A stretch of 64,000 nt of DNA, from contig JAEOTM010000187.1 in assembly GCA_016839815.1 (NCBI GenBank), positions 37,214 to 101,213 on the forward strand, given 5' to 3'. The notes beneath the pieces were generated by a model, which saw only the letters and a list, made by a program, of their open reading frames with translations, ran no database searches and was not told where the DNA came from. The stretch comes from Candidatus Hodarchaeota archaeon. Its GTDB lineage: Archaea > Asgardarchaeota > Heimdallarchaeia > Hodarchaeales > Hodarchaeaceae. A program made the position numbers and the translations under genes. The first letter of the stretch is position 1; each line of letters opens with the position of its first letter. Positions 1 through 11,300 of the stretch are shown here, one piece after another.

Positions 1-330
1 AAAAACATAAGTCATTGGAGAGACTAGAAAGTCAACTACCCAATGACTAAAGACAAGCAAACCTAATAAGAGACTAGTAACGGGATCTTGCCCAAAAAAC
101 ATGAAACCTATCATACCAACAGTTGACCAAATTAAAGCCATAAGTAAACTATGAGACCAAGGGGCTTCAGTAATATGGTCAGAACTCGGCATATCTTCAA
201 GACCAGCGAACATAAAGACCATAAAAAGTAAATCAAGAAGATATGAGCAAATCACTAGAAGAATAATTGAGATGTCAGGAAGGATTAGTTGGAACGCTAA
301 TCCAATCCCAAGGTGTGCTATACCTGCCAT
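1..330 (-). CDS. Membrane-bound metal-dependent hydrolase (YdjM-like), partial, runs off the window start
   Basis: Not in the ORF track. Manual translation from the ATG at 330 gives MAGIAHLGIG...LLDLLF...PWSHSLLMALIW...VFSHWVVDFL, a hydrophobic protein with the H, D, SHS and SHWxxD metal motifs. GGTGA SD upstream. Confidence 0.75.
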   Translation of the reverse strand, partial: MAGIAHLGIGLAFQLILPDISIILLVICSYLLDLLFMVFMFAGLEDMPSSDHITEAPWSHSLLMALIWSTVGMIGFMFFGQDPVTSLLLGLLVFSHWVVDFLVSPMTYVF

Positions 331-348
331 GAAATGGTCACCAAATTC

Positions 349-1083
349 TTACACTTCAACAACAACAGTTTCTGCTAAGATATCTAAACCCCGTTGTTTC
401 GTTGTTTTTTCTGGGTCAAATCGTTCCAGTATCATACCTAAAATAACATCTATTGGTAAAAATTCTTCAAAGATGAAAACTTTGGAGAAATTACGTATGA
501 TGGCTTGCTTCCAGGTAATTTTTATCCCAGATTGATCGACAACAGCTAAATGAAATAACTTTTTACCAATGGTTGTAGCATAACGATACTCTAAAACTAC
601 ATTATAACCCACAAATAAGAGAATAGCTAGGATGGTCATTATAGTAATCGAGAGCAATAACAAGATACCTTGGATTGATAAATCGACCGTACCACTTTCC
701 CAGTTAGAAAATTCAGTCATCAATTCGTCTAAAGGCATAATTGTGAGGATAACGAAACCAAAACCAAGAGCAAGTACGAATAGGATAAGAAATATTTCAA
801 GAATGAAATCAACTATCCATGCGAAGAAACGCGTTAACCAAGTTGCGCGTGTATTATGCCAATTTTGCCCTTTACTAACATTCAAAGCGACATTACGGGG
901 AGTACCAAAAACTGAAGTAGGATTGGTTCCACCAGATTCTTCCATAGCTGATTGAACGTCGATACGGAGTTCTTCTAAAGCATCATGTTTCATTTCATTC
1001 GAATAAGGAAGATAATAACTTACTTCCTCGATATACTCATCAATAACATTTTTTGTAGTATTTTTACCCATTTTTGTCAACAC
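349..1083 (-). CDS. RDD family membrane protein with N-terminal soluble (HAAS-like) domain
   Basis: WLTRFFAWIVD, TIGKKLFHLAVV, AIIRN and QRGLDILAETVVV motifs; directly downstream of a PadR gene. Confidence 0.8.
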   Translation of the reverse strand: MLTKMGKNTTKNVIDEYIEEVSYYLPYSNEMKHDALEELRIDVQSAMEESGGTNPTSVFGTPRNVALNVSKGQNWHNTRATWLTRFFAWIVDFILEIFLILFVLALGFGFVILTIMPLDELMTEFSNWESGTVDLSIQGILLLLSITIMTILAILLFVGYNVVLEYRYATTIGKKLFHLAVVDQSGIKITWKQAIIRNFSKVFIFEEFLPIDVILGMILERFDPEKTTKQRGLDILAETVVVEV

Positions 1084-1084
1084 A

Positions 1085-1438
1085 TCATTTAGTATCTATC
1101 ATTTCATGGACAATATTCAGAAATTCTTTCATTGAGAGTTGCAAAGAGGTTAAAAATTCTGTTCCTTCATCTGTCAATGAATAGATCCTTTTACGTGAGT
1201 CTCCTTCTTTCACTCCAATAATCAACCCACTATCTTCTTCTAGGTTTTTGAGAATTGGATAAATGTTGGATCCTTCAATCTTGATTTTATCCTTAGTCTT
1301 TTCTCTAAGTCTTTTTGAGATTTGAAAGGGATAATCAGGCTTTTCTGCAAGTATGAAAAGGATTAGTGGCTTAGAAAAGCCTTTTTTGAATTCTATTTCG
1401 AATTTTTCACGTATTTTGTCCAGATCCAATGATTTCAA
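1085..1438 (-). CDS. PadR family transcriptional regulator
   Basis: IYPILKNLEEDSGLI...RKRIYSLTDEG winged-helix signature. Confidence 0.85.
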   Translation of the reverse strand: MKSLDLDKIREKFEIEFKKGFSKPLILFILAEKPDYPFQISKRLREKTKDKIKIEGSNIYPILKNLEEDSGLIIGVKEGDSRKRIYSLTDEGTEFLTSLQLSMKEFLNIVHEMIDTK

Positions 1439-1603
1439 CTCTGTTTATAGTTTATATATTGATTCTATATATAGATTATGGTTACGGATCATTACTCAAT
1501 AATTGTGATAAACTCATCTCTATCGAAAAAACAGTATTAATAGTAGATTAATTTTTAAATGCTATCGTAATAATTATTGCTAATAGCTTAGGATGAAACA
1601 TGT

Positions 1604-2047
1604 ATGGTAGTTGGCTGGTTTGCAAAGCAAATTGGATCAAAACTGAATTCAGGGGTGATAAAACTAGAGGAAGAGCTAGTAGAAAGAGAAGATACCATCA
1701 AATATTCTCCCACCTCTACAGAAAGAATGTTGTTCAATCCCAAAGATATGTCTACAATGCGACCTCTTGTGAAGTTACGGTTAGTTCCCAAAATGTTTCG
1801 TATCATGAGTCCTATGATTAGTAATATGAACCTTTCATTAAAAAGTCTAAGTGAGAATCCTACGGATCCCAAACGACGGGTGGATGATGATTTCACAAAA
1901 AAATTTGAAGGATATGCCTATGAAATTGGCGTAGATGATATCGCATATACAGAGTTATCAGGAGATTTTATTTTCAAAGATAAAGCTGTCAAGTATGGAG
2001 GAGGAGTCATTGTATTATTGAGCTCAATTCTATTATTTATTGTTTAA
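1604..2047 (+). pseudogene. Probably truncated N-terminal fragment of a reductive-dehalogenase/QueG-like Fe-S protein
   Basis: AYEIGVDDIAYTEL...FIFKDKAVKY...VIVL resembles the start of the cobalamin-binding region. The ORF stops there and has no CxxCxxC motifs. Confidence 0.4.
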
Positions 2048-2320
2048 TATCGGTGACTTCAAAACTAGAAATGTAAATTTCACTTAGTATATCGACCTAT
2101 TTTTTTTTGCGGAGACTTTCTCTAGGTGAGAGGATTAGGGAATGTATATTAAGATTTAATCACTAAAAAAGCCTAAGACGGATGAATCTTTGATTACGAA
2201 AATGTCCTAAAACGGGATATCCCAATACCTTGTCTAATTTACCCTTATAAGACAACTTCATAATTGAGATTTCGAACTTCTCCAAATCTGATAATAAATA
2301 GTATGATGGAGAGATATATT

Positions 2321-5300
2321 ATGCGACTGAAAGTCTTACGTGTCCAACACATTATGTTGTTAACAGTATTAATGTTAAATGTTTTTGCTTTGATGATTAA
2401 TTTTAATAGTGTATTGGAGGGAGAAGTCGAAGGATTCACTGCAGACCTATTAAGAGGATTTGGAGTACCAATACATAATGAAGATCAAAGTGAATCAGTA
2501 ATCCCGAAATTAACAACTGAATCTCTTAATAAAATTGACGAAAGGAATCAGGTGAACTCTTTTCCCATCACAACATCAAAGATCGTCAATAGTTTTTCGC
2601 TTCCCTCTTGGGGAGGATTGGGTTTTGGGTTTAGGAAAAATATCACAATTGATTCTACTAAAGTTCCTACAGATTTAACTAATTTTCCTTTATTGATTGA
2701 TATGAAAGACGCTCCTGATATCTTTGGTGTTACTCAAGCTTCGGGAAAGGATATTATATTTACTGATTCATCAGGGACGATTTTAGATCATGAAATTGAA
2801 CTCTTTGATGACGATACTTATCATTTAGTTGCCTGGGTGCGCATTCCTTCCCTTTCAAGTAGCCTAGATACACGTATTTCAATGTACTATGGAAATGAAA
2901 CTATTGGTACTCAACAAAATCCCTCTGGTGTTTGGGACAACGACTATATGGCTGTGTATCACTTAAACGATAATCCTAGCTCGACCATCTATGATAGTAC
3001 TTCCAATGATAATGATGGGTCATCATATGGTTCTGTCATTCAAGAAGAGGGACTGATGGGAAATGCTTATTACTTTGATCAACAAGGAGGTACAAATGAT
3101 TATCTACAGATTCCTCAAAGCACTAGTCTTAATCTCGTAGGAAATCAGATGACCTTAGAAGGATGGGTGTACTTACAATTTACTCCTGTACTACATGATT
3201 CCATGGTTTTTGACAAGGCAGGTGATTTTTACAATACTGATGGATGGATGATGGGAGTTGATGGAGAGTACGTATCTGGTGGAGTCGGGTATCCCACACG
3301 GTTAAATCAACGATTAAATACTCAAAATAATCAAGCTATTCGAACAGATAATGGTGCAATTTATCCTGGACAATGGACTTATCTCACAGTAGTTTATAAC
3401 GGTATCACGACATCGTATACTGGTTATATTGATGCTTCAAGTGTTTATAATAATCCAAGCATCAGTGGGAATATTAGACCGGTAGATATGGATCTATTTA
3501 TTGGAAAACGCGATGAAGCTGCAAATCGAGTGTTTTATGGAAGTATGGATGAGCTTAGAATTTCAAATACTACACGATCAACTGGTTATATTACAACCTG
3601 TTATAATAATTACAACGATCCCGATTCATTTTATAGTATCTCCCCTCAAGAACCTAGTTTTTCATTATTTGAAAAACAAAGGACTCTTACAATTGATTCT
3701 TCAATTGTAGCTGGTGGTAGTGATTTAACCAACTTTCCATTACTTTTGAATTTATACCTAGAAAATGCTTCTCAGAATGTGTTGTTCCAAGATGCTTCCA
3801 CCTCTCAAACCCTTGATTATGAGATTGAGCACTTCGATGCAGAATATAACACAAGTCATGGCAGGTTGGTAGTGTGGGTAAAAATTCCGATATTATCTAG
3901 TACAGTTGATACAGAAATTATCATGTTTACAGATTCTACTATAGCACCTGTGACAAGTAATACGAATATCTGGAAAGGATATCGAGGAGTTTGGCACTTG
4001 AGTGAGAGTGTCGTAGATGAGAGTTCAGCAAATAATGTTTACTTTGATGCAACTGGGGAAGGAAGTTTAGGAAATCAGCATGGTAGTGATGATAGTGGGA
4101 GCTCACTTGGTAAAGGAGCAAGTTTTGATGGTACCAATGACTATATCGAAATGGGTTCCCCTAATATCTTGAATCTCAATGATAGTACTGATTCTGGAGG
4201 AATTGATCAAGTTTTTACACTTTCTGGATGGTTTTATCGAGATACCACTGGTACTATTGATGTAATTGTTGATAAATCTCAAGATGGAACTTATCCTAAT
4301 ATTCTAACTGGGTACATGGCATATATCGACTCAGATAACCGATTTAATTTTCGTCTTATGGATGATGATGATGATGGTTACAAAATGATTTCTGCATCAA
4401 CTTATACTAATCCTGGTTGGCATCATTTTGCGGCCACTTTCGATACATGTGGAGGTGGGGGGATATTCACAGAAAGTGTGAATTGGAAATTACTTATTGA
4501 TGGTGTTGATGACACGGGAACAAAAGGAAGTTGGGGTCCAGGTGGAGGAGCATGGGAGTGGATCAATGGTTATCTGCCTAATGATGGTTATTTCACAATT
4601 GGAGCAAATTCCAATAATTCCAATTATTTCGATGGACTTATCGATGAAATTCGTTTGATAGATTCAACCTTATCACCAGATTGGATCGCTACCGAGTATC
4701 GTAACGCCTATAATTTATCATCTTACCTTTCTATTAGCCCTGAAATCGAAAGCCAAAGATTATGGCATGATGATTCATTTGCAAGACGAAAGGATTTGCA
4801 GATCGATTCTTCAGGTTTTCAGGATGCGAATAATGAACATCATATTATACTTCGACCAGGTGCGCGAGGAACAGATTATAATCAATGGGGAGTATCAGGA
4901 GCTAATTATCGGCATGCAGCAGTAGAGGAAGTTATAGCTGACGGTTGGACAACGTATATCACCCATTCTAGTAATAATACCTATCTACGTGAGATGTTCT
5001 ATGCCGTTGGGTTACCTCCCACGACACCAAGTGGAACAATTACTAGTGTGAGGATTTATAGTACAGCAAGGACTTCTGGAGTCGTATCTTCTTATGCATT
5101 TCAACATTATGTGAGAGTAGGCGGATCTAACCAATGGTTTGGATCTCGGGGTCTTAGTGGTTCTTGGATTAAGGATTATGATGAACAAACAACTAATCCT
5201 GTTACTTCTCAACCTTGGACATGGCAGGATTTGGTAGATTTTGAATTTGGAGTCCGTGCTCAAGTTGTAGAAGGTGCTTCTGCAGGATATATTCGTGTAA

Positions 5301-8300
5301 CTCAGGTTTACGCAGTAGTTTCATATATCCCAGACTCCTCTTCTCTCGAAAATTTCCCAATATATCTTGATATCGATGATTCTGATCTTAAAACAGATGT
5401 TCAAGCTAATGGTAATGATATTTGTTTTTATGACGAATACGGCATGTTTCTTGCACATGAAATTGTTGAATTTGATCAAAATTTCAATTCTACTCATGCT
5501 CATTTATCTGCATGGATAGAAATTCCTACTTTATCAACAGGTGGGGATTCCTATATAACAATGTATTATGGAAATTCTACCTTAAGTTCTCAAGAACGAG
5601 CATCTGAAACTTGGGAGGATTTTTTAGCAGTTTATCACTTGGAAGAGGCCCCAACAGGGCCTGTATTAGATAGTACGTCTAATAATTTAGATTTAACCTC
5701 ATCAGGAACAATGACCACTGGTGATTTAGTGGTTGGCCAGATTGGTTCCTCTATTGATTTTGATGGTATTAATGATCAATTATTTACAACCCAAGTTGTT
5801 TCCATAGGGAGTTTCACAATCTCTACTTGGGTTTATTTCGACGCAGGAGTTGGATGGAATACAATTGTAAATTTCGATCGTAGTATTTCTGATTATCGGC
5901 AATTTGCGGTTCAAGATTGGGATCCTCGTTTTGATGGTGCAGGTTATTCCTATCCTTTTGGAGGGCCTTATAGTATTTCCACTTGGTATCATTTAGCTTT
6001 TAGTTACGATGCAAATACAACTGAATTTAACGTGTATGTAAATGGAGCTCTTTCAGGACCAACTCGCTATCTTAACATACCCGATTTAAGTGATGATTTT
6101 CAGTTGGGCGCATGGGGAACAGGTGATTGGTGGGATGGTAAACTAGATGAGATTAGGATTGCTACAGAAAAAAGATCAGAAGCATGGATCAAAGCTGAGT
6201 TTGCTAATCAAGAAAATCCTTCAACATTTATTACTATGGGTCAAGAGGTTGAACTCCTCCCCCCGACAGTGAATTCATTTGGAGTCGATGATCCAGGGAA
6301 CGGGAATCCCACTTTTTGGGCGAATATTACTGATCATGATTCCTCTGTGTCTTTCGTATCTTTTAGAGTAAATTCCTCAGATGAGATGATGTCTAAAAAT
6401 GCCAGTGGTATCTGGACTTATCAGCTACCATCGGTAAATTATGGTGATTATTATACTTATCAAGTTACCAATGCTTCAGATCTTAATGGAAATTATTTGT
6501 CAACAGCTTCCATCATCCGAGATGTCACATTTGACTACGATACCGTCTTACCAACTGTTTTAGATTGGGATTATGACCCCTATAAAGGCGTTAATGGAAC
6601 CTTTAACGCTAATGTTTCCGATAGCTGGGGAACTGTAAATACAGTAATGGTGAATGTGACTGCACATGATAATATGGGTGATTTAAGTGGTTTGTGGGGT
6701 ATAATGAGATATACTCCTGGTGGTTATGTAAATGATACAATTAAAATGCTTTCAGGAACCATTAGTTTTGTTGTTACTGTTACAGATATACGTGGAAATA
6801 GTTTCACGTCAACAGAACATGTATCTATCGTAATTAATCATGCACCAAGTATTGAGAACGTTTTATTATCTCGTGATATATCAAATGAGACACTCCTTCC
6901 AGTCTATAGCAATAGTACTGCGATATATTTGCATTATGATTTCAATGATGTTGATGGAGACTCACAATCAGGTACTCAGATTCGATGGTATAAATGGAAT
7001 GATACTGCCTGGGTGCAACAAGGAGCATATGATGACACTACTCAAGTTCCTCGGACTGCTTTAATTAAAAACGCAATATGGAGAGTTTCAGTTAGACCAA
7101 GAGATGGAATTGACTTTGGAACAACGGTCTACTCTGATAATATAACAATTGAGAATACTGTACCTCTAATTCGAGATCCCATCCTTTCCCCAACTAATCC
7201 AAAGACAGGAAATGATCTTACTGTATCATATACGTGGATTGATGCGGATGCACTGGATACAGATCAATCACTTATTCAGTGGTACAGAGATAATGGAAGT
7301 GGTTATTACTTACTAGACAGTTATACAAATGATACTTTACTTCCCTCAAGTGTTACAATAAAAGGAGATAAGTGGAGGGTTAATGTAACTGCAAGTGACG
7401 GGGATGGATTTGGAAATTGGATTGTAACATTGGAGATTATTATCCTAAATACAGCCCCTACTCTGGACGTAGATATTAATAATAAAACAATTCCTTCTAC
7501 TGTAGATGTCAATGACGATTTAGTTGCGAATTATACGTATTACGATGCCGATGGAGATAGCGAATCCTCGGTCGAGTATCAATGGTTGAAGTTCAATACT
7601 ACAAGTAATGATTTTGAAATCTTTACGACAGGTGTAGATAATATTAGTTATACAAACACTATTGCTGGTGAACTTTGGCGTGTAGAAATAAGAGTTAGTG
7701 ATGGAACAAATACAAGTGGATGGGTTACTTCTGCAACAATGAGTATTGGAGTAGCACCAAATAATCCACCATCAGCAATCAACATAAATCTGACACTAAG
7801 TAATGCTGTAGCAGGGGGATTTTTGTATATTAGCTACACTTTTACTGATCCTAATGGAGATAATGAAACAATTTCTCTTTACAGATGGTATCGAAATAGT
7901 GTATATCAACCCCAATTTGACGGATATCGCAATCTTACAAGTGCATCATTAGTGAAAGGAGATTCATGGTATGCTGAAGTAAGACCAAGAGATGAGCTTG
8001 ATTATGGAAATTGGAGTCAGAGTACGGTTATTGTAATTGGAAACACAGTTCCGACGGTTACTTCGACAGAAATATTCCCATCTGGCGATGCATTTACTAC
8101 AAATGTCCTGGTAGCAAATTATGAAACAAGTGATGTTGATGGAGACACAATTGTCGATTACAAGATTGTATGGAATAAATATAATGGAACTTCTTACGAG
8201 ATAACCTCTCTGGAGAATGAAACTGAAGTTCCTGGCTCTTCTACATCAAAAGGAGATATATGGACTTTTGAGGTTTTCATCTATGATGGAACAGATTGGT

Positions 8301-11300
8301 CATTAGGGGTTACTTCTCTCCAGAAACAAATACGAAATTCCGAGCCAACTATCACTGATATTTCTCTTTCAGGTGGAGAAAATTCGAGTAGAAATATCAC
8401 ATTATCCTATAAATTCGTAGATCTTGATAATGATACTGAATCTGGTACTTCGATTACCTGGTGGATAATTTCAGGTACTGGCCCAACTCAAATCCCAAAT
8501 GATCAATTAGCGTTGATTTTTACATCCTTCGTTGCTGGAGATCTTGTATATGCAGCAATTACCCCTGATGACGGTTCTGGCTCAACTGGTCTATTTTTAA
8601 CTATAGGTCTATCCAATGGCCTGATCATTGTAGGAAACAGTGCTCCCACATTGGATGACGCGCCCAATATCCTAGGACCAAATGATTCCACTTCATTTAC
8701 AGCTGGATTCCCTATTTACGTAAATTATTCTGCCTCAGATCCTGATCATGGAGAAGCTGATGCGATCTATGATATTGAATTAGATGGAGATGGATATGTT
8801 GTTGGTGCAGAATACCAATGGTACAGAAATGATCTTCTTGTTGCTACATTAACGGGTCCAACAGTACCAACCGATTATCTAAGTAAAGGCGATAATTGGA
8901 TGGTGAGAGTGAAACCTCGTGATCGTTATGGTTATTTTGGAGATTGGATAAATTCCTCACTAATAGTAATTGCTAACAGTAATCCTGAAATTTCAGGAGT
9001 AGAGTTTATCACCACTTATTTGACAACCATAATCGATATTCGTGTCCAATTTACTTATTCTGATATTGATGGTGATCCAATCCAAACTGAAAATACTTCT
9101 ATTCTATGGTATCGGAATGGTATCCTAATACTTGGTACAGAAAATCGAACTGTTGTTTCTAGCGAACTAATTGGGGATTCTTATCTCGTCATTATTACCT
9201 TAAACAGTATTAATTATCAGAAAAATGATAATATTTCAGTAACTGTACAGCCATTTGATGGAACTGACTGGTCCACAACAAGTTCCACTAGTAGCGAAAT
9301 TACCGTCCAGAACTCACTTCCAACGGTTTCTAATCTCAATTTGCTCCCTCATAATCGAAGTGGGACAATTATTTACACTACTGATCAAATAAATCTATCT
9401 TGGGTTTATTTTGATCATGATGGAGATAATGAGAGTTCCCCTATTATTATTTGGGAAAGAAACGATGTCATCCAAGGCTTATATAATAACTCATGGTTTA
9501 TTCCTTCAGTAGCAACAGCAAAAGATGAAAAATGGGACGTAATCATACAGACTTTCGATGGTACAAGCTACAGCGTTGGACTATCGATAACTATAATCAT
9601 TACCAATAGTATTCCCACATTAACAGATGTAATATTAGAGAATAATGAAGGTCTTACGAACATTACTTATGCCGATAATGGAATTTCAATTGACTATATA
9701 TACACTGATGCTGATTTTGACTCTGTTGATGAAAATTCGGGTTTCATTCAGTGGTATCGTAATGGTGTACATGTTTCTGTGTTAGACAACCAAACGAGTA
9801 TTTCTGGTAGTGAGCTGGTTAAGGGTGATAATTGGTATGCAGTTGTGCAAATACTAGATCGGGGTGGAGTAGTTTGGTCGAATAATCGTACTTCCCAGAC
9901 AATATTTGTTGTCAATAAAGCACCTGAAGTCATATCTATTCTCATCTTAGAGGAATTGAATCAACTTATTGAAGATGAAAATTTGACATTAATTTTGACA
10001 ATTACTGATCCTGATATTAATGATACTGACGCTTCTCTCATCGAATGGTTGAAAGATGGAATGATTCAACCACAATTTACTAATCAAATAGGAATCTCTT
10101 ATCTTGATACTTCACCAGGTGAAACCTGGACTATCAGAATCACACCATCGGATGGAATAGACAGCGGAGTAATTAGAAACAAATCTTACTTTATTCAAAG
10201 TCGTCCATATATTCAAGATCTAACTACAATTGTTGAGCAAGATACTGATGGCCACTTCACTTTTGGACTTCAGGTAGTCGATGCTTTAAATGCTATTACT
10301 TCAGTCAGATATCGGGTATTTCTTAATGGTAGTGCGCTACCTGAAATTGTCGATACATTAAATTCCCCCAATGCTACTGATTTCTGGAATCTTGACTATA
10401 TCTTATCGGATCCCGCGTACTATAATACTGAACTATTAATAGAAGTTTTAGCCACGTCTGTTCAGGATATTTGGGATCTTCGATTTTTCCATTTCACTAT
10501 TATTGATGGAGTAGCACCTCGTATTTCAACTGCTACAAGTTTAGGAGTATGGTTTGAGAAGAATAGTGACGATCCAACTCATCTATCTTTCTTTGCTGAG
10601 ATTGAAGAATATGGTGCTGGAGTTGCTAACGTCACCTTATATTATTATTACGACCCAGTTGAAGCTGGAGAAGGATCAGCATCCGTACAAGATTTTACGT
10701 CCATTCTTATGACTTTTAATAAATCAACCGGTGCTACTCTTACCTACGCAGTCACAGTTCCTTATCCTCAAGATCAAACCGATTATGAGATCTTGTACTG
10801 GGTTGCTACTCAAGATATGGATGGAAATAGTAATCCTGTGGCCTTTGATATTCGGAACTATCCTGAACGAATTAGTAATGAGAAAATTATCCAACTCACA
10901 ATGGGTGGTCTTCCAGAAGAAGTATTATTTATCGCTGGTGCAGCGGTTCTCTTGATTTTCGTCGGTGCAGTGGTATACGTTCGTTTCATTCGCAAACCAG
11001 AGATTATTGGATTAGACAAGGAACTAGTTATGAAGGGAGTTCCAGGTGTTGGAGACGAGAAAGTTTTTGCTGACATTGACCGACATACGTTGGGACTTGT
11101 AGTCAGCTTCTTCGATCAATTACATGGGCCAATCCCAATAATTGTCATTCCTGAAATGCTTAAGGATAATTATAGTAAGTTAGTGGCACTTTCTGATCGT
11201 TCATTTAGTGGTACTGGATTTAGTGATGATTATACAAGCGAAGTTCATTCCTCTTATGATTTTGTTTTGGCTGAAAAACTCAGGATTAGTGTTATGAGTT

